Shown here one piece after another: positions 24,483 to 38,000 of a stretch of DNA of 64,000 nt. Source of the DNA: Haliotis cracherodii (Eukaryota); contig NW_027266269.1 of assembly GCF_022045235.1 (NCBI RefSeq), forward strand, positions 27,156,001 to 27,220,000, in the 5' to 3' direction. The position numbers and the translations under genes are program-made. The notes under the pieces are model-generated. The model saw nothing but the letters and a program-made list of their open reading frames with translations. It was not told the DNA's origin and searched no databases. The first letter of the stretch is position 1. Each line of letters opens with the position of its first letter.

Positions 24483-24930
24483 AAGGATATCAAGATAGTA
24501 CCAGAGAAGTATATAAGCATGGAAGATGATATATCGCTTGTTTGGGCAATATGTAAATTCAGAGTGTCATTACACAATTTCAGTGTAAATATTAGATGTA
24601 GAGGTGAGGATAGGGAAGTTGAAATGGGTATCTGTAAAAGCTGCCGATTAGGAGAGATTGAGGATGAATTTCATGTTTTATTAGTTTGTGATAAGTATGA
24701 ACAACACAGAGGAAAATTATGTTCCGATGTTTTACAAAAGGCATAAAAACAAGGTGTTAATGATCAGTCTTATAAAATCCAACAACTCTGCTGTTATGCG
24801 TTCATTAGCAATATTGTTGAAACATGTAACTCGCTCAGATAGTCTTTATGTATCATGTACATCATGTGACGAAACAAATGAAACTGAAAATGTCAACAGT
24901 GGCCTTAAATACCGATTAAATATCTATATA
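24483..24930 (+). mobile_element. LINE 3' fragment (L2/Crack/RTE-X-type C-terminal CCHC finger)
   Basis: ORF 24519..24746 reads KFRVSLHNF...CKSCRLGEIEDEFHVLLVCDKYEQHR, the 'KFR.S.H.L...C..C....EDE.HFL..C..Y...R' motif; inserted into the old SINE fragment and absent from units A and E. Confidence 0.8.
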
Positions 24931-27658
24931 CTATAAACCTGGCATAGTATAAGGAGCCGCACATGCACATACGTGCATACAATTACGTTTGTGCATATTT
25001 GGTTCACACAAGATCAATATGAATGAATAAATAGTTTCCCCATCATAATCCTCTTGATTTGAGGAACTCTGATCCTAACTGAACTACTGACATACATGTG
25101 GCTAACATCAGATAAGAAAACATATGAAGTGGGTTTTTTTCATGAGGAAACATGTCACGCCGTCCTATTCCCACGATCTACGGTCTTAAGATCAAAAACC
25201 CAGATTCAACCCGACGATTTCTGTTTTTCCTTCAGTACCAACAACCCTCTGTCATTAAAACCTGTTTTGATGTACCATCACGCTTAATAAAACTAACAGA
25301 CAGGGCAGTACAGAAATAGTGCTTAAAGTGGTGATCACGAATCAAATACAGTTCTCTTTTCTCGTCCTTGAGAAAATACAACCTGAGCTGACAATTGCAA
25401 CCGGTCATTTGGCATTCATTTACATCAGCACCTCTAGGTAATGATATCTCCAGAAGACAACATGCACTGCTTGAACCAGTGTCCATATATCAGCATGAGG
25501 TAGTCTTGATACAAAGTCATGTATTTATTATCATTTACCATTCTCAGGTACGGAAGACAAACGACTCCCGCGAGACTTCCAACACAGTACTAAAGGTACT
25601 GAGAGACATAGGCTGTCACATCCTGTGACACGACACGAGGTTCCTGTTTCACACCATGACAGCACTTTCAAGTGTCAGATAGTCTGTAATTTCACCGCCT
25701 CCATGGCATATACAAACATGCTGGTCCGGCTGACCTGGTGTCGGGCCACCGGTATAATGAGGCGTCTCGTTGCTTTCCGTAGCTCTAGATGTACAGCACT
25801 AGAAATGTGACATACACACTCTTGACCCCAGCCATCTATCACTCTGTCATAGGAATCAGGCGGCAGCAGTTCCCCTGTACAAGGATCTCAACACTTAACG
25901 TCAACTGAAAGGTGACAAATTTGGTTCTAATTTGCCATTAGGTTATCGACAGAGCATAGATATTGGTCTCGTTTTGTGTCAATAGAGTGATGCCATAGAT
26001 GTAGCTGATGGATATGATGATATGTTATTATAGTTCCACGACAGGTGTTTTATTGCTCAGACTCACAAAAGGGACGATTCCTGTTTCTTGTTTACTCTAT
26101 TATGTGTAACATTGTGATAGCGTCTGTTACTGCAGACAAACCGTATCGATGTGTAGACTGTTCTTGTTCTAGCGATGATACCTGTCAATAAAGTATATAC
26201 TTCACCAATAATGTCATGAAAGTACAATATGTCGACATGATACTGTGTTCTAAATAAAACATTATATGTGATAAGTTGAAGACTAACTAAATCAATTTCT
26301 TGGTCATGCTGCAAAATATGTCAAGTTTGAAAAACACATCAATAACAGTCCTCAGTAGATGAAGGTTATGTTCAAGAATAGTATAACCACATGCACTGAG
26401 TTAAGTCTCTAAGTCGATAATTCCAAATTTTCTCATTTAAAAGGCAGACAAAGCTGTGTAGATTTTCGTTTGCAAAGTTATAATCCCTAATCAGAAGTTT
26501 TCTTCTTTCCAGTTCATGCATGATACAACGGATGACAAACTGTATATATGCCTCCTGTTTCGATGGCTAGACGTTATCCCTGTTCATGCTCTGATGTAAG
26601 AGCAGCAAGGCCCCAGGAGATAGAGCTGGCTGATAACATGAGGTCGTCTTTGCTCGTATATCTAGACTAACTGAAGCCCGGAAACGCATCGCTCAGGTAA
26701 CTTGCACTGCAACTTGGCAACGTCTTAGAAAACATTCAGTTCCGTTATGGAAATCAAACTGCACACACTGATAACTTGTAACAAATGACTAGCTTAAAGT
26801 TGTGTCTGGGTCCTAGCTGTATCTATATGTCTGGCATATATAGAGACAATTGCAACACAATTAACTCGAGATCTAGTGTCCATCTTGTAGGTGCTCGTGA
26901 GGCGGTTGGATGGGTGCAGGGAATGCTTGATGATGGATGTGGTCGGATCTATGTGGGAAATAAGAGAGTACTTGATTGTTCCTTTGTAGGAACGAAATCT
27001 TAAAGGGGTAGTATAATTAGTGTTCACAAAAATATTTCATCAGGAAAGGCTTAGCAACGGAGAGGATGTGTTGTTACATGACGTTCCTTCGTTCAACATG
27101 CCTTGACTTTATGGTTGCCACCTCAGGATCCTCAAGATAATTCTCTTCCAGGTTTTGTGAACCATACACATAGCTGGAATGAAGTACAGGAAAGGACAGA
27201 TCAAGACGTCTGGCATACCCGATAACTCAACCTAATTAACAAACGCGTTAATTGTCACCTGACATGGATTAAGCCAAAATATAAACAACAATAATAAAAC
27301 AGGCAGACAGTCAATGCAAAATACAATGGGGATTCGCATCTTAAAGTAATGGCAAATAATTGATTCTAGACATATGCATGTCATGGCTACAGGGTGGTAA
27401 TTAGCCTATGTTTCTTTTAGACAAACTTGTCCCAAATCAGCCTCTATGATACTTGGCGAAGATCAATAGAGCATTTCTGTTTGTAGTGAGCCCCATCTCA
27501 ATAGAAAATATTACACGTTTATCTTGTGGACTTTAGTCAGTCTGAGTTGTGCTAGTTGGTAAATGTGTTTTATTGTTTTGCAAATGTAATTTAAACTTTG
27601 CAAACGTTAGCAACGTGATTGAGAACATGACATATGGACACTAGGATAAAAACCTGAA

Positions 27659-27947
27659 GACCCGTGAAGATTCCAGAGTAGAATAGGTCTTCAGCAACCC
27701 ATGCCGCACCCAGCAATATTTCAGCTATATGACGGCGGTCTGTAAATTCTCGAGTCTGGACCAGACAATCCAGTGATGAACATCATGAGCATCGATCCAC
27801 TCAATTGGGATACGATGGCAAACATCAACCAAGTCAGCGAGCCTGACCACCCGATCCCGTTAGTCGCCTCTTACGACAAGCATAGTCGGCTTTTACGGCA
27901 AGCATTGGTTGCTGAAGACCTATTCTACCCCGGATCTTCACGGGTCG
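27659..27947. mobile_element. Family 4 fold-back: forward 5' head fused to an inverted near-full copy
   Basis: GACCCGTGAAGA...CAACCCATG (+, ~27659-27703) followed by the reverse complement of the element ending TCTTCACGGGTC (~27704-27947). Confidence 0.88.
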
Positions 27948-30075
27948 AGTGTTTGAAGCTGGGACAAATATTGAAGGGTCGCTCTCCGTGGCTCTAGTAA
28001 TAGCGATCAGCTATCCATCACTCCGTCATTGGAATCAGTCGCTGACACGCCACCAGTGCATGGAAATCAATACTCAATTTCTTCTGAAATGTGGCAGGTT
28101 TTGTTCTAATTTTCCTTTGGTATATCGATCTATATTATATTTATGAGGGGGACATGTTACGAAGCGTATGGAAATATAGGGTGATAGTTCTATATTACAG
28201 ATGCTTCCTGACCAAGACTTAGGCATGACATAAAGGCTGGTTTTATTGTTGTCACTTACTTTACATTAGCGTGTGAAACATTGTGATGCAGGCACGCTTG
28301 TCGTCGATAACACTAGCAGTAGGTTTTAACATTTGTTTTCGCAGGCAGGCACGAAAACTAACAGATTGTGTTCTCATTTGGGGATATCTATTTTATCACA
28401 AAATATCGAAATGGCACATTAAAATCAGTTGTCAGTTTTAATAGCAAAGTCGATATTAAGAATCAAAGGTAATATTAAGGATTTCATGCATTGTCCGTAT
28501 TAAAGAACTAATACTGTAAACAACTGACAAAAATGAACGTGCTGTGTATATTTCGCACATGTCGCAATTGGTAAGAGGTTCGCAGAGCTCAGCCACAGCT
28601 TCTTCCAAGTTTTTGATTCACCAAAGATTTAGTTAGTGTAGGATTGTGATAGATTCTTTGACAGCAGGAAAGTGTCATCAATGATTTTCTTTTGTTTCAA
28701 AGAATCGTAATGGTATAATACTAACACTACTTTCCTTTCATATTTCCGTGTCACATGTTCTCTTTTGGGGTAGATACAACCTTCCAGGGAAGGTACATGC
28801 AACCATGTTGAGCTCAATCTGATTCCAACATCTTGTGTATTTTAGCGACCAGTCTTGACAAACTGGTTTGGAAGCAAAATCGTTGTACAAAGATTCAATT
28901 CAAAATCAAAATCAAAATGAAAATTGTGAAAGAATCCACATGTCAGGAACACTGATCTTTAAACAATGCTAAGGGCAAAATAAACTTTACTATCGGGTGA
29001 TTTTATCCTATGTGATTTTCAATTGAAAATATGTTATGATAGCGATGTTATATCCACAAATATTAATTGTACTGGCGTTTAGTCAGCACTCAAAGAATAT
29101 ATCTTCATTGGTTTATTTTAAAAATATAATTTGACTTAAAACTTTAAAAATTTTGTTAAATACACAACTGCAGATAGGTATCTCTGATATTTTGTTTTTG
29201 AAAGTCAAAACTTTTTACTCTTTTCATCATCAGTTTACAACATTTCAAACATAGTAGGAGCCATGTGTTAGGATTCATTGAACCGATATTTTTTTACACA
29301 AAATTACCCAACCAAAGACTACATTTGCAGGAATGAGTGAAGGCTAAAAGAACAAATTTAACAACTGTTTTACATACCATTTAAAATAGGCGGTTCACTG
29401 CAGAACAGAATTGGAAATGACAGAGCCACAAGACTCAGAAAGGCATCTGCTCGAAAAGTTCTTACGAAGGTTAAGAAGTAAGATCAAAGGATATATGTCC
29501 ATGCATTACTGCATTATCAAATGTTGAAGTCTTGTCAAATTATGCAATACAAAGCCAAAAATAATATGAAATGTCATGATACAAAGAAAAATGTTAAAAT
29601 GTAAACATTTTTAATATGACACCCTTGTTGGCTTTCTCGAGACCAGTGGTATCAGGGTTAATGGCGAAAATGCTGTACTATTAGAAAAACAACTTGTGAA
29701 GGTCATTGTAATAGCTGAACCTAAAATCTTAATATGCAAAACATCGCATGATGTATTATTCCGTATAGTATTACTCCGCATAATGTCATTGTGATGCATG
29801 CATACATGATTATTAAAATTACAGCATGAAATAACTAATGTTTACAATGGGATCGCAAAATGTGGTTAGAAGGGTTAAAGGTGTGATCATCAATGCAAAG
29901 AAATGGTTCATATGCTTGATATAAAAAATGTAAACTTGGTAGAAACACCACAGAGGACAGACAAACCAGAGATGAAGCGCAATTCACCTTGATTTCATTG
30001 AGCATAATTCTTGTTGCTAACCGTAAGGATTAAGCACAAGTTTACAACTTACTTAGGAATTTTATTGTTCACTAA

Positions 30076-30237
30076 GGGACGGTCGGGTAGCCTAGTGGTT
30101 AAAGCGTTCGCACGTCACGCCGAAGACCCGGGTTCGATTGTGTAAAGCCCATTTCTGGTGTCCCCCGCCGTGATATTGCTGGAATATTGCTAAAAGCGGC
30201 GTAAAACCGTACTCACTCACTCACTCACTCACTCACT
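30076..30237 (+). mobile_element. SINE family 1 copy with internal deletion
   Basis: gggtagcctagtggttaaagcgttcg...gggttcgatt head and (ACTC)n tail. Confidence 0.9.
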
Positions 30238-31340
30238 TATTCATTATTTTAACAGGCTAAAAAAAAAGAAACATGAAACTCAAGAAAGGGATCAGGCTAT
30301 ATTTTTTTTCTCATTTTTCAATTGAAAAGCATATACTAAGAAATTTTACCTTGACACGTTGATGACATCCACATACTCAATATCACTGTCTAGTTCTGTA
30401 TCTAGAGCCCAGTGATGTACGTATACGTAGCTGTTAATCAGACTGGGTCACGTTGCTGATGACGTCCTTTGCAATTTTCTTGACATTGACGGAGGTCGAA
30501 ACTTCTATGACCAATTTAGATTTCACTGCGACCTTGCCATCTTCAGAAGCACATAAAACTGGCTGTGACGTTTATCCAACCCCTGGTGACAGCGTTGTTC
30601 CTCATGGCAACAAGTCGACTGTTTGAGACACGTGAATGTAGAAGTCAGTCCCTGAGGGATATCCATATGTATACTGTTTCATCATGAAAAAGAACAGTGT
30701 GAAACAGTGTGAAACAGGAAACTTTGAAGACAAGCCTGATTGGAAATGTGCAATCACGTGTCCGCACAAAGGTTTCCTGCCTCATCAATGCGAAATTACA
30801 CCTGAGATTCAAACCCACGTGCAGTGGATATTTTTATCTATTTAGACATATATTGTAGTTAGTTTGCGTAGGCTGCCACATGAAAACTAAAGTACTAACA
30901 TTTAACCACCATCGTTGACTTACACAATATTAGTTAAAGGTTAACGAGCACGTCAGAATTAAAGTTAGAAGTTGATGTGATGTTCAAATTTCCAGAAACG
31001 ATTAGAACAGCTGGCATCCTCTTACTTCTACATGTAAGAAGTCTGGAACATGTCAGTGTTTTGTTTGCACATTTGTTTAGTTAGATTGTGGAATTATATA
31101 CACGTCAAACTAGAGGGCCCTCTTGTAAACATGTGCGAAGCATATGTAAATACAGTACTGCTAGCAAAATTGTGGAGACATTCGAAAAGAGCCATTTTGC
31201 ATGAAATACCGATCAATTACAATTCTTTTCCTGATGTGGTCTAGGGTTGGTTTAAAGAAGACATCGGCTTTGCTAGGGTCACAAGAAAGGACGAAGGCAA
31301 AATGATACTATTGATTTGGAATATATTAGCTTCTCCGGGA

Positions 31341-31630
31341 GAGTGAGTGAGTGAGTTTGGTTTAACCTCGCTTTTAACACTATTCCAGTTATATTGCGGC
31401 ATGTCAGCTTAATGGGGGGGGGGGGGGGGGGGAAGCCCGAAGTTATGCAGGTTGCAGACGTTATCCACTTCGGTAAAACCCAAGGGCACGGATATGGTGC
31501 TTACAAACCCAGAAACATAATCGAAGCGAACTGGGATTCGAACCCACAAGTATAGGTTTCCGGCGTGCCCAAGGGACGCAATTCTGCACAGCTAATCGCG
31601 GCGCCTCAGACGACTGGGCCACCCGTGCAC
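31341..31630 (-). mobile_element. SINE family 2 copy with expanded poly-G tract
   Basis: Reverse complement of family 2, with a ~20-nt G run at ~31413-31432. Confidence 0.9.
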
Positions 31631-31899
31631 CAGACTTATTAAATCTGAAAAGTGTAAACAAGGGAATTGATGCTAATTGATGAACTGATAGAAACATTTC
31701 TCAGCTATTCAAATATGAACCAAACTATCGTGAAGAGCCTCATCCCAATTTAGATCACAACGTCAAAATAATTATGGATGCTGTCAAAGCATATCCAATA
31801 ACTGTGCTAAAAGAGAAAATGGACCAGTTGCATGTGTTTCAGAGTGGGTTTCATAAAATGCATGATGCTATCGATAGTAGAAACCACAAGCTGAAAGAG

Positions 31900-32060
31900 T
31901 GTGTGTGTGTGGTTTTACGCCACCTTTAGCAATATTCCAGCAATATCACGGCGGGGGACACCAGAAATTGGCTTCACAAATTGTACCCATGTGGGGAATC
32001 GAACCAGGGCCTTCGGCGTGACGAGCGAACGCTTTAACCACTAGGCTACCCCACCATCCA
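31900..32060 (-). mobile_element. SINE family 1 copy
   Basis: TSD ACAAGCTGAA(A/C)GAG on both flanks; empty sites in units A and B. Confidence 0.9.
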
Positions 32061-32187
32061 ACAAGCTGAACGAGAGGAAACAGAATAAGTCCATTCGGTC
32101 CCAACCAGCTGTTATCCAAAGCATGTCTGCCCTACCCGAAGGGTTTGTAGTTGTTCCCTCTAACATGGCCGCAAATAACATAATCAT

Positions 32188-32471
32188 AGTGAGTGAGTGA
32201 GTGAGTTGGGTTTAACGCCGCTTTTAACAGTATTCCAGTTATATCACGGCGTGTCAGCTTAATGTGGGAGGAAAGCCCGAAGTGATACAGGTCTAAGACG
32301 TTTACCACTTCGGTGAAACCCACGAGCACGGGTATGGTGCTGACAAACCTAGAAACATAATTGGGGCGAACCGGGATTCGAACCTACAATCATAGAATTC
32401 TGTAGTGCCCAAGGGACGCAACTCTGCACAGCGAATCGCGGCGCCTTAGACGACTGGGACACCCGTGCCCC
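32188..32471 (-). mobile_element. SINE family 2 copy, full length
   Basis: Reverse complement of 51138-51413; imperfect TSD cataatcatagt/catagccataagt. Confidence 0.92.
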
Positions 32472-33332
32472 AAACATAGCCATAAGTATTACTCAGTAGC
32501 GCCTGTTAGATTTTATTTAATTTTGGTAAAACAAAACCAGGAATACCAAGAACAGGGCGGACGTAGCATTTTGTGCCTGCATTTTACACTGCCTTGCTAC
32601 ATTCACGACAATGCAGATATGAAAAAGTTGTTATCTCGTCATTAAACTACTATGCGCAATCACACGATGCAATGCTAGTCTAAGCCATCTCGATATTATA
32701 TGGTGTTTGCACATTTCCTATATACATGTCATCTGACTGTCTGGTGTGGTCTATAATACATGAAATTACCTTGCCCGTATCATTCAAACATGCAGTTACG
32801 TTCTTGTGTGTCTTGTTACTGTAACTAAATGTCTGTCAAGCGTCCGCAGCTCTAATCATACGGTAACAGATTATAAGCAGCCAACTCCTGACCTTCACAA
32901 TGCACCACTTGCACAATGACGAGCGACCAAGCAGGAATTACGCATCATGTGTCCCGGTCGTGTGGAAGCACAGAACATTTGGCGAGCAGCAATAATCAGA
33001 AATTCCATACATAAAGTACATGTAGGTTCATCCATAGCTCCTCCTCACAATGAAGTATATACACCAGCATGTAAATCAATGATTCGTTTAAGCTGGATGA
33101 GAAGATGTTTATAAGACATCAGTGGAAATGTAAGCATTACCTGCCCTACCGGAAGCATCCGCCACGATTTAATATCCATTCATAAGATGCGATGGCAATT
33201 TGCAAATTGCCTATCATGAGGGGCAACCCAACCCGCTCCACACGCTGTCATTGTGCACTGTGGCATTCAATCTCGGCATAAAAAGATGCTAGATGTCAGA
33301 GAAAAAGTCAAATGCTTCACTGGTTAGTTACT

Positions 33333-33412
33333 CTGAGGTTTCCTCCATTCACAACGCCTGAGGGATGCAGGAAACAATTGTTACGTTAAAAGCTCTCGAC
33401 TTCCACACATGG
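33333..33412 (-). other. Invariant 80-bp core, copy 4
   Basis: Reverse complement is identical to 6337-6416. Confidence 0.9.
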
Positions 33413-33488
33413 CATTTGCCTTCTGCCAATATCCATTTTTCTGGTGCTTTCTTCACGCGCCTCGGGAGCTTTGAGTATAGAATTAAAA

Positions 33489-35009
33489 AACTGACGTCCA
33501 AAAGAAACTTTACTAACTGAAAATATAAATTTCAGACAAAGTATAAATGTTTTTTCGATGAAGTCTATCTAAAACACATAACCTTAACACAACAATAGTG
33601 TATGCAGAATATGTTAATCGTCTGTTACATGTTTGCGAGATAACACGCGAAAAAGTGAAAAACACGTGCACCACGGACAACTGCAAATGCACGTGGGGGT
33701 AAGGGTATAAAACTATTGCAACGGCAAGTCAGACATCAACAGTGATATATAAACAAAAAGGAAATGCCACGACTCAGTCGAACAACGTGAACGAGCCTTT
33801 GGTATGGAACAGATGGGAGCCACCCACGCCCATATTGCACGAACCTTCGGTTGCTTCCGTTTTGCCGTTACCAACTTGATGCAACGTTACAGACAGACAG
33901 GGCGGACCGCTGACAGGCCAAGAACAGGCAGACCGAGGGTGACCACGCCCCATGATGACCAGTACTTGCGTACCTTGCACCTCCTAAATCGCTTCCTGAC
34001 AGTGACGTCATCGGCGACAAATGCCTTAGGCCACAGGGTTAGTCGACAAACAGTGGCCAGGAGACTCAGGGCTAAAGGAATCCGGGCTTTTAGACCATAC
34101 AGAGGACAGCTATTGACAGCGCAACATCGTCGTCTGCGATTGAGATGGGCCCGGAATGTACGACGTTGGCAACGACGTGACTGGCAGAGGGTTTTCTTCA
34201 CTGACGAAAGTCGATTCTGTATGTTTAGGGCTGATGGAAGACAACGTGTTTACTGCCGAAGGGTTGGAACGAACGGCGGCGTGTTGCGTGTAGGAGGTCG
34301 TACCATATGGTGGAGGGAGTCATGGTGTGGGGAGGGATCTGTGGGCAGGAGAGGACACCGCTGGTCATCGTTGACGGAAATTTGACTGCTCAGCGTTACA
34401 TGGATAACATTCTTCGTCCAGTTGTCCTACCATTTCTCCAACAGCAGCCACGTGGTGTCATTTATCAGCATGACAACGCTAGAGCCCATACAGCCAGAAT
34501 TGTCACTAACATAACCAACAACGTCAAAGCCCTGCCGTGGCCTGCACGCTCACCCAACATGTCCCCCATAGAACACCTCTGGGACTTCATGAATCGTCGT
34601 GTTCGACAACGACCACACTCTCCAGCCAACCGGCAAGAACTGAACTTGTCCCCCTAAAAAGAATGGTGTCCTCATCAGACGACTGACTTTTTCTGTGCGT
34701 CGAAGAGTTTTTTGCGTGTATTGAGGCATTTGGTGGTCACACACGCTACTAATGACTTGTTTTTGAACGTGAGCGATTGTTTATGTACTCTGCCTAATGT
34801 CAATGATTCTGAAAGCTCGTGTTTTGTGCCACACCCAACTTTGGGGTGCTCTGACGTCATTCTCGGTCGCGGTATGATTGTCATTTTCAGTGTTGATTAT
34901 GTTGATATATCGATCTTCCCAATACACTTTACTTCATGCATGTATGTTTTTTTTGTCTTTGAGCAAGAGTGATTTCAAAATCTGGTAAAGTTTCTTTTGG
35001 ACGTCAGTT
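33489..35009 (+). mobile_element. Full-length Tc1-family DNA transposon (~1.5 kb)
   Basis: TIR AACTGACGTCCAAAAGAAACTTTA / TAAAGTTTCTTTTGGACGTCAGTT; TA on the right flank (left reads AA); empty site gaattaaTAtttg at ~24085-24097. Confidence 0.95.
33764..34752 (+). pseudogene. Tc1 DDE transposase, frameshifted
   Basis: MPRLS start, HTH and RPRTGRPRVTT, catalytic motifs FTDESRF, HDNARAH and WPARSPNMSPIEHLW, and a C-terminal GGHTRY-stop; split across ORFs 33804..34385 and 34307..34657 by several frameshifts. Confidence 0.93.
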
Positions 35010-38000
35010 TATTTGAAAATTTGGGTAATAGCTTCTACCTAAACAGTGATAATCCTGGCATTTCAGAATAGATTCAATTTCACACCAACACAAAACTATA
35101 TCGCTCGGAATGTTTTTTCAATGTCTCAATTGGACATAGTACAGTATATGACACAATATGTTATGAAGCAAAGTTTGATTGGGGCATTATTCACACAAAT
35201 GAAATTTATCAACAGGAACAACAGGGAAACGGGTAAGATGTATTGAGCAAAACCTTGGTTTTAGTTTTCAGGACTAGGTTTGGGCAACATTTTCTGGAGG
35301 AGTACACTGGAGGAATTTTCTGTTTACTTTCAGTACCGACTGATCTGTATCTGTATTCTCGTCGCAACATGGCTGAAATAATCTGATGCGAGGTTAAACT
35401 TTAACTCACTCACTCACTGTATCAGGCAAACGAGAAGATAATAGCACAGCATCTCATCATTTCCAGTAAGAGACTTAAATTGACACGTCGTTTTTAAAAG
35501 GGACCAAATGTATTTCATAAATATATGGAAATAGGATGAAAAGAAATGGTAGAGTGTATTGTCCTCGTTTGATATTTTGACATTTACGTATATGGGCTAG
35601 TGGGTGAATTAAACATTTGCCTTGACAAGCGAACGCTTTCACTGCTTCTCCTCTATGATCAAAGTTAAGTACGTACTGTCTGCAGAGGCAGATGAAATGT
35701 TACTCCAGGTCAGTCTTGTAGCAGTAGGTGCCTGAGCCTGTCACAGTAATCATATCAGAGTGAGACGCTATAAACAGTCAATTCAGTTTTCTGGCACTAA
35801 ATATCAGCAAGTAAGTGTTATATGTCAAACTAAATGGAACGTCGTCTGAACACAATGTGCATCAGATACTTTGGCAAATGATTGATATACTCCCCAAGAA
35901 GCTGAGAATGAAAATCGAGAGCAAACTGATCTACTGACACAATAATAATGCGCTTGGAGGGTCATGGTAAAAATCTATGGGGACGTTGGGAGTGTCATAC
36001 AAAATATGCCAAGCATCAAGGGAGGGCAAGGTTTTTCTGTAGATTGGAGCATCAAAAACCTCTGATAGAACCCCCAAACCCCACACCCAACCCCAACCCC
36101 ACTCCCAACCCCAACCCCTTACACATACGCTACCACACACTAACAAACTAACACTCACAGCATGTCATATCGCAGTTCACTTTGGAATAAAACAAGGTAA
36201 GGATGATTGGCATGGAGTCAATATACTGTGTCTCAGTGGGGTATTTTATGAAGCTGCGACACGGTGTCTCAATGTGCCAGCACTATGAAACTGGCAACGG
36301 ACCAGACAAGCACAAGCAGCCACACTCGCACACTCACACGTGCATGCTATTACGTTTGTGCATATTTCGTTCACATAAGATAAATATGCATGAATAAGCT
36401 GTTGCCCCTTTTACAACCTTGTAGTGAAACCCATCTCCACAACAGAGTTACAAGTTCTTTGGAACCCTTTACATGTACAGATTAGTTATGTCGGCGGAAT
36501 ACCATAGCCGTCGGTGTGTCTGTTCCTGTGACACGACATTGGTATGCAAGTGGCCATAAGGAACGATCAACCCACTACAGCAACATATCTACAAGTAACT
36601 AGGCCTTCAGGGTGTGATGACATATGTAATCATCTACACTATAGCTCAAGGGTGGGCACTTAGCACACTGTCGCAGATCTCACATTCAAATCACCATTAA
36701 CGGCTATAATTGGGCACTTGGGGCTGATTGCCCAAGATTTTGTAGACGTAGACATCTTAGTCTTGCAAACAGTGCTTGAAGGCTTACATACATCTTGATT
36801 TAAGGAACACTGGATACTGACCCTAATCGATCGGAACAATTGACATATATGTGGCTAACATCATATAAGAAAAGCTAGAAGTATTTTTTTGGGATATATA
36901 GTACGCCGTCCTATTCCAACTATCTAAAGTCAAATCCAAGTTTTAACCCGACGATTTTTGTGTGTCCTTCAGTACCAACAACCCTCTGTCATTAAAACCT
37001 GTTTTGATGTACCATCACGCTTAATAAAACTAACAGACAGGGCAGTACAGCAATAGTGCTTAAAGTGGGGATCACGAATCAAATACAATTCAGTTTTCTC
37101 GTCCTTGAGGATTTATAGCCTGATCTGACAACCTGTCATTTGGCGTTCATTTACATCAGCACCTCTAGGTAATGCTATCTCCAGAAGACAACATGCACTG
37201 TTTGAACAAGGTCACTTGTCTATGAAGCATCCAGTGCCCATATATCAGCATGAGGCAATCTTGATACAAAGCTATTCATATGGTCATGGATTTATTACCA
37301 TTGGCATTAACATCTCAGGTACGGAAGACAAACATGTTGACAACGAGACTTCCAACACAGTACAATGTATTTGCTCGCTGGTCGATAGGTACCTCAGGTA
37401 CATAGGCTGTCCAATCCTGTGACACGACACGAGGTTCCTGGCAGCACTGTCAAGTGTCAAATAGTCTGTAATTTCAACGCCTGCATGATATATACAACCT
37501 ACATGGGCCTGCTCACCTTGTGTTCGGTCACTAATATAATGAGGCGTCTCGCTGCTTTCCGTAGCTCTAGTTGTACAGCACTAGAAATGCGACATACACA
37601 CTCTTGACCCCAGCCATCTATCACTCTGTCATAGGAATCAGGCGGTAGCAGTTCCCCTGTACGAGGATCTCAACACTTAACGTCAACTGAAAGGTGGCAA
37701 ATTTGGTTCTAATTTGCCTGGAGATTATTGACCGATTATAGGTTTGGGGCATGTTTCAAGTCAATTGATTGATGGTGTGGATGTAGGTGATGCATGGGAT
37801 GATAAGTTCCAGGACCGGTGCTTCCAGGGTCACCAATGGGATGCTTCCCGTTACTCTTTTACCGTAGAATGTGTAACTTTGAGATAGAGTATGTTTAAGC
37901 AGACAAGCTGTATCGACATATTGATTTTCCGCTAAAAGTATGAGCTAATATATTCATTATGACAAGAGTGTTGCATTTGGTATCGGTTTGCACGTCTATC

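Larger units (their letters stand above)
19950..26760 (-). repeat. Unit C of the segmental array (inverted)
   Basis: 20600-23450 is the reverse complement of 10270-12960, 21090-23470 of 18070-19790, 23700-24230 of 6100-6640 and 24300-26760 of a shortened 1860-4730; 20030-20900 recurs directly at 27950-28750. Confidence 0.92.
31100..32660 (+). mobile_element. Degenerate Penelope-like ORF fragment (unit E copy), interrupted by three SINEs
   Basis: Plus-strand translation NKGIDAN..QLFKYEPNYREEPHPNLDHNVKIIMDAVKAY...HDAIDSRNHKLKE...PAVIQSMSALPEGFVVVPSNMAANNIII matches the PLE pre-RT motif series. Confidence 0.8.
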
